Assembly: GCA_951406725.2 (NCBI GenBank)
Contig: OX597832.1
Location: 15,314,001-15,378,000 of the forward strand
Length of the DNA stretch: 64,000 nucleotides
Source: Octopus vulgaris
Lineage: Eukaryota
Direction: 5' to 3'
A program made the translations under genes and the position numbers. The notes beneath the pieces are model-generated. The model was not told where the DNA came from. It worked only from the letters and a program-made list of their open reading frames with translations, and ran no database searches. Below, piece after piece: positions 1 through 13,496 of the stretch; the stretch's first letter is position 1; every line of letters begins with the position of its first letter.

Positions 1-1144
1 AGTGCAAATTCTGGATTGATATGTTTTTTTGGGTTTTTTTCGGAAGAAAACAATTCATTTTTTACAATGATGACGATCTTTAAAATAGTTATCACAGGTC
101 ATGCATTGCAATTCATAACAAAAGTATTACCATAGATAGGGATTTACATACTAAGATCAGTGTATAGGCGAATATAAACTCCGTTATTTAGATTTTACTC
201 AATAATAGTTTCCTGATATTTACTAACCGTTGTGTAAGTCCAAATGAAAAAAATCATAACTTGTTAGCATACGTTATAACTATTCTCCATCACTCAGAAG
301 AAATATGTATGTAATAGTATGCCTAATCAAATTTAAAACAGCTAATACACGAGTAACATGTATTAATCAAAGGTAATCGCATATCCACACAGTCTATTCT
401 TGAGATCGTCTTCAACAAAATGCGGTCAAATGTGTGAATGCCATTTTCTAGCGTTCTCACAAAATACATTCTAATATAGCAGAATATAGTTTTGCCCGTA
501 ATACATAAGAATGGCGTGTAATTGTATAGATGTGTGTGTTTGTTTGTGTGTGTCTGTGTGTACACTTGTGGGAGTGCGGAGTGTGTGGGTGTATATATAG
601 ATACGTGTACTTGTCCAGGCATGTGTCTAAGTTTCGGATATGTAGCATAAAGTTATTGACATATATATGAGAAGCGGGCAAATTAGGTGAAGTAAAATAA
701 CGAAATGTGCAAAAGCTGTATAAGAATGTGCGGAATCGAAAATAAAAAATAAGAAAAGAAAAATAGACAAAAAAAAAAAACGTATACGGGAGAATATTTC
801 ATCATATACTGTAACGATTAGATAATGAAAGTTCGCTTCAAGTAAAAGGGCGCCTTACAATTGGAGAATGACGCTTAAATGTCGGAACCTGATAACATTC
901 ATAATAGCTGGCATTCAGATGAGCAGAAGGCGTCAGTAATGCCAGATAATCGGCATGGCAGCTATCACCATTACATAATAGATTTATGAAACATTCATGT
1001 GAGGCATAGAAACTATTTTTTAAGAGACCTTCACCGTCGTCAAACTTAGGTAGATCAACGACCTTTCTGTCCACAAAATCCGAATTTCAATAAGGGTATT
1101 ATATATTGAAATGTCTAAGGATAACGATATGAGAAATAGAGACG

Positions 1145-1242
1145 GAAAATAGTATATTTTCTGGGGTATGTGCTTCGTGTGCATGAGTGTATTTATGTGA
1201 GCCTATAGGTATGTATATATATATATATGTATATATGTTTTG

Positions 1243-1278
<36 letters not shown>

Positions 1279-1405
1279 GATAGATAGATAGAGATAGATA
1301 GATATACATAAGTAGAGAGATACAGATATATACATACATACCTATAGTCTCACATAAATACACCCATGCACACGAAGCACATACCCCAGAACATATACTA
1401 TTTTC
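1145..1405. repeat. 72-bp inverted repeat (1145-1216 / 1334-1405) around a microsatellite spacer
   Basis: GAAAATAGTATATTTTCTGGGGTATGTGCTTCGTGTGCATGAGTGTATTTATGTGAGCCTATAGGTATGTAT is the reverse complement of 1334-1405 with 3 mismatches; the spacer is CA/TA/GATA repeats. Confidence 0.9.
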
Positions 1406-1622
1406 AAGAAAAAACTCATGTGTTCTTGAGAACACATTTATCGTGGAAAATAGCGATTTTGACGTCTATATCTAGCATATTGACTGTCCACGTTTAGTGG
1501 TCAGTCCTTTAAATTTTGTATGTAAAAATATTTTAATCTTCGGATTTTTTTAATATGCTAGGCCACTGGTTTTAATTGATTAATATCGATTTCTACCCTT
1601 ATTGAATTTTATATATATACAT

Positions 1623-1703
<81 letters not shown>

Positions 1704-2141
1704 TATGTGTGTGTGTATGTGTGTGTATGTGTGTGTATTTTAGTATTTATGTACGAGTTTTGAACAATAAGTATCTGGTCCATTCCCACAGTAAGGTTGC
1801 TGAAGCACGTAGAGTGAAGCAGCCTGGCAAAGACTATCCTTAAAATTTGTTACATATGTTACTGTGCAGTGCCGACATTCACATCCACACACATATGTAA
1901 ACAAGAATATGAAGTGAAATCATCCCATTTTTAAATGGGGATTGCAACAAGAATGATCGACGATTTTTTCGACTCTACCAGCATATTGAAGAGCTACAAA
2001 TACCAATTAAATTTTTGTATATTTGAAAACTCATTACAACACAAAGTTATCAACCGGAGTTAAAATACGAATTGAAAGGGAACTATGAAAATATCTCAGA
2101 ATAGATTGACGCATATACATGCATATGTAGGAATGTACATA

Positions 2142-2684
2142 TTGGGTTGTCCAAAAAGTTCATGCCAATTTTTAAAAGAAAGAAAGGATCAATAAATACT
2201 TGTTATTACATTTTTAATCAACCAAATATGAACCATTTTGTTGCACAATGCGCCTCTATCTTTCCTTTAAATTGAAAATACCCTCTTCCCAGAATTGAGG
2301 TGATTTCATGGCAAAGAATTCGTCAAAGTATCTTTTTACGTCATTCAAGGAATTGACATCTTTACCATTAAGTCTATTCTGTAGAAACCTGAATAAGTGG
2401 AAATCTGACGGAGCAATATCTGATGAATATGGAGGGTGGGGTAACATATCCCATCCGAGCTGCAGCAATTTCTCTGGTTCCCACAAGTACCGAAAGTAAA
2501 CTTTCTTATCTTCCATTTTAAAGGGTTACATAATTAACACAGTTTATAGGAACATAAACCTTCTTCCACGAAAAGATAGCTTAAACTTTGCTCTAAATGG
2601 AGGTGTAGTCAAATCCTATTTTAGGGATTCGAACCTGTTCTAAATTAAGTCGAAATGTAAGCTACTATAAATCGGACAACCTAA
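2142..2684 (-). mobile_element. Internally deleted mariner element (transposase C-terminus plus TIRs, TA flanks)
   Basis: ORF 2256-2516 has LGWDMLPHPPYSSDIAPSDFHLFRFLQN (mariner YSPDLAPSD motif); ends TA-TTGGGTTGTCC (2140) and GGACAACCTAA-TA (2686). Confidence 0.9.
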
Positions 2685-2889
2685 TACATATATTCACACA
2701 TACATCCATACCTATATATGTACGTATGGATGTTTGTGTGTATGAACGTACTTGCCTTAGTGTGTGTACAAACATACAAACACATCCTCCATAACTCACA
2801 AAAGTAATTGCGTTTTTGTGTTTATGTTTTGTAACCTTACAGTTACCCATTGAGGAAAGAAGACATAAATGTAGAGTGAATTTCTTATG

Positions 2890-3900
2890 GTATCTTGTTG
2901 TGTTTGTACGTGATTAGTCGTAAGTGTTTGCAATTCTCTTGTGTAAAAGGGTGTTTTCGATCACATCGTTGTCTATTACATATTTGTGGATGTATTATTT
3001 TCCTATGCCTGCCGGCTTTTGTTACAGGCTGGCTTCCAGTATTGATAAATGAGCAAATTATTTGTGCTTGTATCTATTTCATATGCCACAATTTACGATC
3101 GCTGTTTGTGGGATGAATCAAATCATTCGTGCTTTTTCTATATCAGAACTTATCGAAGGTATTGTTTGCAATTTTATTTTTCGATTTTCTTTGGACCATG
3201 TTTTTTTCTGTTGCTGGGATTGCTATGGATGTGCTTGCGCTTTTATTTTCACTACCATTTCGTTTTGAGATTTCGACGTCTTTTAATTCTGCCTCATTGT
3301 GTATCAATTGCTGTTCCCTAGAATGAATTATAAATACAGATATCTGTCAGTAGAATGAAGTTTAGCATATGATATATTTTTATGGTATTAAAGCGCCGTA
3401 TCTCACAGATTATTATGCTAGTCGCTGCGTTAGTTGATACAGTTTACCTTATTAGTATATTTTCCCCAGAATGATTTTAGGCCAGTAAGTTTACCTTTTC
3501 TTCGGTTAGTCATACTCAAAATCCATTTTATGAATCCGGGACTTTATGGGCTTCTCTGCAAAGTCAGATAGAGCGGTTGTCAGTCGTCTGTGCTCTCGTG
3601 TAATGCGTCAGAATGATGACAATATATCTGTTGCATAATTCATTTACAATCGGGGATTTTATTTTTTTGAGTTCAGTATATTTCTGGGTGTGTATCGTTC
3701 AAAATGTGTTGAATTGCAAGACCGTGGGTATGTGTTTTCAGTGACTGCGTACCAATATATAGCGTATGGGCAGTTCCGATTGCTCATTCCTTTTGTGTAT
3801 GGTAAGTTTGACGGGAAATATTTGCCGACCGACTATTGAATGCCGAATCCATCGAGACGTGTTGGCATTTGTGCATTGTTTGAACTGTTCGTGATGCAAA
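2890..3900 (-). mobile_element. Highly decayed LINE 3' region, possibly I/Nimb/Jockey group
   Basis: The minus strand gives remnants such as IQAQIICSFINTGS and CNRQRCDRKHPFTQENCKHLRLITYKHN, resembling the RTGH and C-terminal Cys/His motifs; many stops. Confidence 0.35.
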
Positions 3901-5644
3901 TTGAATATTTGCGTTGCTTATCGGCGTCAAATACAACAGTCTGTTTTAATTACAATGTGAGAAAAGATGCTTCTTTGAATATAATGTAAAGAAACTAATC
4001 AATATCAATATCCATAAAATCAAGTTTTGTCACAATACATATTTTGGGGTGTAAAGACTTATTTACCTGAGGAATGATTTAATGTGAGCAAAACTAACCA
4101 TGTACGCTATCACACAAAAACAAAAACAAGATGTATACAGACAGGAAAACGTGCCTTTATATATGTGTTTGCTATAGAAGATAGTTCAATGAAACTGTTC
4201 GGTGTGAAAGAATATTATGTGATAGATCTCCAGGAAATGCTTTAAGATCTGCACTGCTGATTATAAGGAATTTCTCTCAGAATATAAATTATATATTTAA
4301 ATTGCAAGTTTCTAGAATATTGCCTTTGCGTGTTGACTTGATAACTGCAATAATGTATTTTTATATTTATCGACACCTATCTGAAATGCTGTCAATGTTT
4401 GATGGCATGAAATTCCAGTTTGTGCGTTAAATTGTGTTATATAACATTCAGTAACAAAATATGTTAAGTAAAAGTTTGTGTAATCTCACAAGAAATAATT
4501 GCAAATTTAATTCTAAGCTGTGATTTGCTACAGATTGGCGAAATGGTGAATGATTCAAAGTCTTTATTGTTGTGAATTTTCTCTATTGTCTAAGGATATT
4601 CTTTAGTAATTCTCAAGATTATTCTCAAGAATATTGCTGTGGAAGAATTTCGACCACTCACTAAGTGACTAAAGGTGGACGGAATCACTGTTATAAAACA
4701 AAGAACTGTGAGCGATCGACATTTCGCGTTGCTAAGCAGTTTACTGATAGCCGAGATATAGAGAATTGAATCTAGTGTAATAGTAATAGGAAGGCATAAA
4801 TTTTATACTTTCTTCCGAACTCCAGAATATAAAAGTAGCGAAGAGTTGTTCGAAGCTTGCGCTAGAGTTTAAAACAATTTTCTTTTGTATGAAAGCAAAG
4901 AAAATCGTTTAAAAAGAAGAGCTTATTGGCATTCGTGGTGCAGTTGCAACATCAACTACAGCAACAAGAGTAACATCATCAGCAACAACAAAAACAACAG
5001 CAACAGCAACAAAGCCAGCAGTTACGATTAATGTTCAAGGATTCGGAAAATACTTCAAGTTCGTACTCACACACAGCGAAGCAAACACATTTTAAGAAAT
5101 CAGCTATAAACCTTTCAACATATTTTATACAAATTAGAGGCTAAAAGATGGCCCGACGAGAGAAAAAAAATGCTATTAATTTTAGGAAAGTTATCTCCTG
5201 CAGAAAACGGAAAGTATAGAAATTATATTCTGCCATAGAAGCCAGGCAAGATTTGTTTTTAATTAATATTTTAACGAAACTGTTCAGTGAAAGAAGCTCC
5301 CTGTTCAATGATTGCAGACAATGTTTAAATAGGTAACAACTTGTATTTATACACGTAACTTACTAGCGTCGTCACTCCGTATTTAATGTTCGGTGAGTCA
5401 TTGATTAGTGCAAAGAGTAATTGAATGATAATGTGCATATCAAAGGTGGATATTGTCCGCAGAGTCAGTTCACAGTGTGTGTATTTCTAGTCTCTTTTGC
5501 CGAAGAGTAGATAACCATTGCAAAAATCATGCATCGTTTGGAGAACGCTCTGTTCTGACAGTGTATTCACATCGATTTTTCTATGGCGAGAAATTTTATC
5601 CAAGATAAAATATTGTGAAACTGAAAGCATGTTTTGAACCCATA

Positions 5645-6025
5645 AGTGTGCCACTGTGGTAAGTAGCTTGTTTCCCAAAACATGAGGTTCTGGGTTCAGT
5701 CCCACTGCGTGGCACCTTGAGCAAGTGTCTTCTACTATAGCCTTCGGCCGACCAAAGCCTTGATTTGGTAGATGGAACTGTGTATATTTATGTGTATGTG
5801 TGTGTAGGCTTGTGTGACTGTGTTTGTCCCCCCCTCCCAATATCGCTTGACAACCGATGCTGGGGTGTTTAGGTCCCCGTAACCTCCTGGTTCGGTGAAA
5901 GTGTCCGATATTATAATTATCAGGCTTACAAGGAATAAATCCTGGGGTCGATTTGCTCGGCTAAAAGACGGTGCTCCACCATGGCCACAGTCAAATGACT
6001 GAAACAAGTAAAAGAATAAAGAGTA
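5645..6025 (+). mobile_element. tRNA-derived SINE family A (CORE-like, internal microsatellite)
   Basis: TGTGGTAAGTAGC A-box-like, GGTTCAGTCCC B-box, CCTTGAGCAAGTGTCTT, internal TG tract, tail CAGTCAAATGACTGAAACAAGTAAAAGA; homologous copies at 28768, 52303 and 55390. Confidence 0.85.
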
Positions 6026-6033
6026 AAAAATTA

Positions 6034-6200
<167 letters not shown>

Positions 6201-6214
6201 ATATAGATATATAA

Positions 6215-7586
6215 ATAGATAGCTAGAAAGATATACAGACAGACAGATAGGCAGCTATATAGACATACAGATAGACAGATGTACAGCAATATAGATACAG
6301 CAATATAGAAGATCCGAGACGGGTTCATTTGGGAGTCGAATCTAGAGAAAATATTCCGATGTTTGAGTAAAAAAAGAACTTCACATTGAGAGTTAATACA
6401 GCAATAATGAATTCGAATTGTTTAGAAATACAGCAATATAGATACATGAGTGTCTGTGTGTGATTGCGTGTGTGTATATATGTGTGTTCGTTGTGTTTGA
6501 GATGTTAAATATCAAGGGAATCTTTCCGACGTTTATCTCTGGCTGCATTGAAGGAAGCAATACATAGCTGTTTTCTGATGTTTATATATTCAGTGGGTAT
6601 TCGTGGTCATGATGGCACTAAAATCTGTCTCCTGCTGTCATTGATAGTATTTTATCGGCTTTGTGTATTTAATGTCAACACTGCTGCTTTCTTGAGGTTA
6701 AAAGAAATCACGCACATCAGAACATATGAAAGTGTTGTAAGCATCCAGGATTATGGCCAGTTCACTTTTACAATCGGTTAAAAAATTATAAAATAAACAA
6801 AAGGGTAATTGGAGTATAACTTGTCACATAATATTGCTGAGAGCATTCATAATATTCACAGATGGCTGTCAAATTGTTTTTGGAAGTTTTCTATACAGCC
6901 AGCTATATAATACAAAATCATTAGCTATTGAAATTTATACAATGCTGCGTGATGAAGATAATTTCATTTTGTCGTGTATATTCTCAACAAATTTCAGTCT
7001 TCTCATGGTATTGTTTCGAAATACAGGATGCGTGGGAAATTGCTTGTAAGTTTGTTCTGGAATGTAGCTCCGTTAATCGTTTATCACAGCTGTAAAATAT
7101 GTTCTGGGTGTGCGAAGAAAGCATTCCTTTGTATAACTGGAAATACAATGTCTTGAATCGCTTGATCGATTTTGCTGAAAGAACCTATCATCTTGGACAC
7201 ATTTAAAGCCCCATTATACTACAAGAAAGAGTTTATTTTAATTGTAGACCACATTGGCACATAAATATTAATTATGTAAGCAACAATTAATTACATCGTG
7301 TTCGAAAGCTTCTCAATGACAACACTTGACCAAAATATACGATTTTCAGTTGTAAGCCATCGAAAACGCGCTATTTTACGAGGATTCATTCATGCCATTT
7401 TAGATTATTGTTTCCCTTCAGAAATAGGCTTTTGGATATCAAAAAGGTACGTTTTATCAATGCAGAGATCGTTTCTGTCTACTGATATATAGATATATAC
7501 ATAGATAGCTAGAAAGATATACAGACAGACAGATAGGCAGTTATATAGACAGACAGGTAGACAGAAGTACAGCAATATAGAAGATC
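6215..7586. repeat. Direct repeat of about 86-100 bp (6215-6314 and 7501-7586)
   Basis: ATAGATAGCTAGAAAGATATACAGACAGACAGATAGGCAG...GTACAGCAATATAGAAGATC occurs at both sites. Confidence 0.85.
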
Positions 7587-8000
7587 TGATTAAATTTCAC
7601 AACACTTGGCGTTTCACATCGCTTCAGTCTCTTACCAATCGGTCCAAGAAATCCACGAAGCCTGTTAGTTTTTTAGTCTAGGTCAATAATAAAATGGCGT
7701 AAGAGATGCTCATTTGCATGGAGCTGGCATACAAGCCAATGCAAGAGCTTCTTCAATTTATCCTTGAAAAGTCTAATGGTGCTTTTTGTTGGTCCTGTAT
7801 TGACTGGAATACTATCGCAACGTACATCTATCATGTGATTAGTTACTATCACATTGGTTTTCAAGTAGTTCAACAAACCATTGTAAATGGCTTTTGCAGA
7901 ACCCGTCGTAACAGCGAAATGCCCAAGATAGCAGGATTCAGGTTCTTCTATCAATGAAATGTGTTCTTGAATTATTTTTTCCCGAAATGTTTTTTCCTTT
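6550..8000 (-). mobile_element. Decayed hAT-like (CxxH-type DDE) transposase
   Basis: EEPESCYLGHF..RCDSIPVNTG..WLVCQLHANEHLLRHF (7673-8000), then FRWLTTENRIF..IYVPMW..PVIQRNAFFAHPEHIL (about 7085-7480); the part below 7085 is poorly supported. Confidence 0.75.
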
Positions 8001-8103
8001 GTTCTCTTGAGAGGATTGTATCCCTCCTCCTCCCAAATACAAAGGGGGGGGAAATGATTTATGTTACTTTTGGGATTGCTGCTTAACAGATCGCTATTGA
8101 ACA

Positions 8104-8190
8104 CACCATTCATACAGTGTAAAGAGAGGGATTGCTCAGTGCCTAAAACATCGTGCAAAGGATATAAGTAGTGATCGCGATACACACCAT
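8104..8190 (+). mobile_element. Penelope/Poseidon RT fragment in inverted orientation
   Basis: HHSYSVKRGIAQCLKHRAKDISSDRDTHH matches the minus-strand NHLYSVMSGIAH-GANNIRSNTDTLH at 8390-8470. Confidence 0.7.
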
Positions 8191-8204
8191 TTGCGAATAG
8201 CTGT

Positions 8205-8725
8205 ATTACTGTCCTGGTGTCATACGGGCCACATACCTTTTGCATCTTTTCGGCGAGACCTTTCTCCGAGGGCAGACAGACTGTGGTTAGTTTATGGGTT
8301 TCATCCTTTCTTCTCTTAATAATTGGAATGGATAGTATGTCTTTTGGGTAGTGGTTGCTTAATATATTGTTACTTAGCTTGATCATTTCTTCGTGGAGTG
8401 TATCAGTATTGCTTCTTATATTATTTGCTCCATGAGCAATCCCACTCATTACACTGTATAGATGGTTGGAATCGAGGCTGAGGTATCGTCCATTTGGGTT
8501 GGCTTGCGTTAAACAGTTGTCCTGGATCTATACTCGGTGCGTATCATTAATACACCCAGGAATGCTAGCTGATTGTCTTTTTCCTTTTCCATTGTGAACT
8601 GTGTTGATGGCTTTATTTAGTTCACATGAACTATGAGTACTTGGTTATAGACCTGGTGCAACCAGAGTATATAGGTTTCATCAACTTATCGCAGCTACAG
8701 GGTTGGTTTTAGTGGTTTTGATCCG
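8205..8725 (-). mobile_element. Penelope/Poseidon reverse transcriptase fragment
   Basis: Decayed (Y)VDE-TYILW, FTMEKEKDNQLAFLGV, RKPT, VCLPSEKGLAEKMQKVCGPYDTRTV (PLE RT C-terminal motifs). Confidence 0.85.
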
Positions 8726-10626
8726 AAACGTTGTTTTGAAAACAAGCAAGATGAGGACAAATATCCGTCAAAATTAAATAAGGTAAATAGCTAACATCAT
8801 AAGAGTTTTAAAAACTGCAGAATTGTACAGCTTTCAATAAATATATAACATGCGTAGACAACATACTCCAGCATCTCTATGAGAATACAAATATCACAGA
8901 CAACTGCTAATATAATCAATCATTTATACAATTTATACAATTGTGCTATTTGGAATTTGTAAAACATATGATTTAAAATTACTATCATAAGGAGTAGTTT
9001 TATTTTACTTAAAGTAGTGGTTTTAATGTCGATGGTTGTACCGCATTATTTGCGTTTCTGATCAGATCGGGCCTTATAATGTCAAACACGACTTCATTTA
9101 GGGTGTTAGAATTTTGTCAGTTCCATGCTTTTGCTAAGAAACCAATAATTTAAACTTATTACGATCTCGATATTTTAAACTTTTTTGCGAAAAGCATATC
9201 CTGGAGATTTTTGTCTCTGTGAGTAAAGTGAATGATGAATTTTCTGGGTTTATTAAAATGCGGATACTTCAGTAATCATTTTATTAAATATTTTCGTCAA
9301 ACAATTCCCATTGATGTCCCTAACTCATGCAAATATTGATGAATGCTATTCCTTCACTGGCTTCGCTGACCTACGAAAGGTCAAGAATCACTGATTTAGA
9401 ACATAGTGCCATGAAACCTATTTAAATATTACACGCTAACTTTAAATCTATTATTTCTAATGTATCTATAGGCATGAGTGCGTGTTTATGTGTGTGAGTA
9501 TGCCTTTATACATGCATACTAACATGCGTATTCGTATGTGTGTATGCATTTTCCATCCGTCATAAATTTCAACGCCTAATTCACGAAGACATGTTTATTA
9601 TGATATATAAATTACTTCAGTTTGCTCGAGGAACAGTTAGAAAATATTCATATCTGTAATCCAACGAACCTTTCCAAATAAATTGAATTAAATTAGAAAT
9701 TAATAATTAATGAGCACATTGGAAGCAAAAATAAATACGCACGCAGAATACAATAAAGGCAGCAGAAATTACTTTACCCAGCAAAAAGGCGGCTTCATGC
9801 ATTAGAAAAGGTTGCCCAATTTTGTGTCAATTTCAAACTTCCGTTTCTCAAGCGTGGATTTAGTTTGAAGCATCGTAACTGCAAGATACACAGTGCAGGC
9901 ATATTTGGAATGTTAGCAAAACAATATCTCCTGAATCACTGTTATATAGTTATCAGATAAATTACTATCAGATAAATTACTATCAAATATGCAAACAGGA
10001 TATCACATTATTCTGAATATGTAATATCCAGTATATCTGAATGAGGAGAAAAGAAATATTCCTAATCATTCGAATATTTAATCGAAGATCTATATTTCTT
10101 TTAAAATATACAAGTTATCGCTCCTGATCATATTTCGACGAAACCAAAGAAATAATCTTGTTATAATATTGGTTATTTGAAACCATTCTGATTACGTATA
10201 TGCTTCATATTAATAAATTATGAAATATTTGGTTTTTATTTCTAAATATAAATATGGATAATGATCGTCCATGTTCGTCTTTGAAAACATTTTGAAATTT
10301 TTGCAATTCTCTTTATTAGTTATGCAAAATGAAAGGAATATATGCGTAAATATTTAAAAGTGGCAATCCTAAACCTGGTTCTCGGAGATACAAAATGACA
10401 CTTGCTTTCTCTAAGCCAACAGAAAAAAGGTTTTCCTTAATATCCTTTCGATAATATCTCAGCCCTAAATGAAAGCCAAAATCCATGACAGATGAGAACG
10501 TAAGCTATTTATTGACAACTTGGTTTAATGCACCAAGTTAAAAGAACAATTAAAAGATGTTTGAATTACATATTTGTTTCGGATATGATAATCTGATCGC
10601 ACTCATTTGGACAAAATTGTTTATAT

Positions 10627-10712
<86 letters not shown>

Positions 10713-12209
10713 TATATATATATATATATGTTTATATATGCACAATCGAATTAACCTTCAATGCATTTAATAAATAAGGGGATACAAATATTCAGTGATT
10801 TGAATTTCATAATAATTACAATTGTTACGAATTTTCAAAGATAAATATTCTTTAAAATAAATCATTTCTATGAATGCACACCTTCATTACAAGTAAAGAT
10901 AGAAACATAGTGTAAGTAGTAAACAAGGGAAAAAATTGAGCTAATCTTTTGTATTGATATATGACTTAACGTCTACTGTTTTAATACGAGTTTGTGAAGT
11001 ACATGAACTTGTATGTTATATAATTATATATTCGTTATATATATTCGACTGTAAACATTATTAGTAGAAAGACATGAAGCATTCCCAAAGGGAGATTTGA
11101 AAGTCATAATTTTGTAGAATGTAGGGTTGCATCACATAAATATCAAGAGACCTCAATCAAGTTAAAGATAAAATCACACCTCATGACACCGTTTCATGTC
11201 TCACACACACTCTCTCTGCTTGTTTCATGTTTCTCTCTCACGTCTTATATCAGCGAAAAAGCATGAAGCGATAGAAATATGAGGGTCATGAAGAAACATA
11301 AAATTAGTATTCATACTGTTCATGAATAACCTATAGTATCTTACGAAAGCTATATTATATAAATTAGTACATTAAATAAATGCATGCTTTCACACGTATT
11401 TTGTTTTCCCATCTCGCAATACGGATGGAAATAAAATATACTCTATTCGAGCTGTTTTTTTTTAATTCCTGGCTCAAGATTGACTTGTGCTTAAATCACA
11501 TTCTATAAAACAATTCCCACAACTTTTCACATAATAGCTTTTTAGAACAATTGGAACGAAATGCTTCCAGATGTGAATCAAACACAAATTTGCTGCCGAT
11601 AATGAATGACCAGGAAACAGTTTATCATTTAGTACACCGCAAAAAGAAAAACATTGCGAAAGAAAGAGAGACGGAGAGAGAGAAGGAGAGCAAATACAGA
11701 CAAAAAAAAAACAAGACAAAAGATATTTTGAAGTGAAAACAATGTTATCAATAACAACCAAATCTGATTTGTTTCATTATGCACAACCTGAAAACTTCAT
11801 AAGCAAGAGGCAAAGACATAAAATTGTTACTACTCACCTGATTTCCCATAGGCTTTTAGCAGCATATGTTCAATTATATCACTGCCAAATATAATCAAAT
11901 TGGGTCAAAGTCTGTTACCAACGCTAACATGAAAGCACATGCAAACACACACAGTGTCATGTACGTATTCACAATAAACTAACAAAAATACGAAAATCAG
12001 ACGACAAGCTACGCTATTTCTAATTCGTGTTTTCTATATAGCACATATTTTTAGTTGATAGTGTTTGATATCATGAGTAATTTGTGAATTCTCAAGCCAA
12101 ACAGGTGAAGTTAAATATCATTCATCACACTTGACAACAATATCACACATAGGCTCTTTAGGAATCAATCAACATTATCAGCCACGCTACAATATCAGAC
12201 ATGCCCTGA

Positions 12210-12652
<443 letters not shown>

Positions 12653-13355
12653 CGCAGTTGAAGGACAATACATTTAATGAAAAAAGTATAACAAGTAATT
12701 GTAGAATATGTGGAGACAAACATCAAACAATAAACCACATTTTCTCTGGCTGCCAGCCCTGACTAAGAAGGAATATCTTCACAGACGTGACAGTGCTGGT
12801 ACCTATATACATCGGAAGCTATATCAACACTTTAGAATAAAAATAGAAAAAAATGGTATACCCACACAGCAGAAAAAGGTCACCACAAATGAGAAAGCAA
12901 CCATGATATGGGATATGCCAATGCACACACAAAGAGAAATTAAGGCCAAAAAGTCGGATAAGCACAGATCGCCAAGACAGGACTGCTTTCTAATTGATCT
13001 ATCAATACCAACAGATGACAACCTTTTTCTAAAAGAAATTAATAAATTTTCAAAATATAAAGACGTGGAAATAAAAGCAACTCGAATTAGGAGTCTAAAA
13101 ACAGAAACACTTCCTATCATAGTAGGCGCTTTAGGTATGATAAAAATATTCATACAAATACATAACAAAAACACCAGGATTAACAAACACTATGACATAC
13201 AAATGGCACTAACTTGCATCGCATACATCCTACTTAAACACTTTTAATACAGTAACAATAAGAGCGCCACAACATATTACACCATATACGCAAGGCACAC
13301 AGTGCTGCACTCGGTAGTGAAGCGAAAGCACTTGATAAAAAATAAGACTACTGAA
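12653..13355 (+). mobile_element. R4/Dong-clade non-LTR retrotransposon 3' fragment (CCHC knuckle, RLE endonuclease, 3' UTR)
   Basis: CRICGDKHQTINHIFSGC (C-x2-C-x8-H-x4-C, 12700-12753), KKEYLHRRD, IWDMPMH, CFLIDLSIP, KFSKYKDVE, PIIVGALG; (TAA)n on both sides. Confidence 0.9.
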
Positions 13356-13421
13356 TGGTAATAATAATAGTACTAATTATAATAATGATGATGATGATGA
13401 TGATAATAATAATACTAATAC

Positions 13422-13496
<75 letters not shown>

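Noticed and set aside
838-1074. 78-aa ORF of normal composition
   Set aside because: No motif or splice support I can recognise
11788-11990. Strong minus-strand donor CAG|GTGAGT at 11837 with possible acceptors
   Set aside because: All frames hit stops or give no recognisable protein, and the implied intron is only 50 nt; a non-coding exon cannot be excluded
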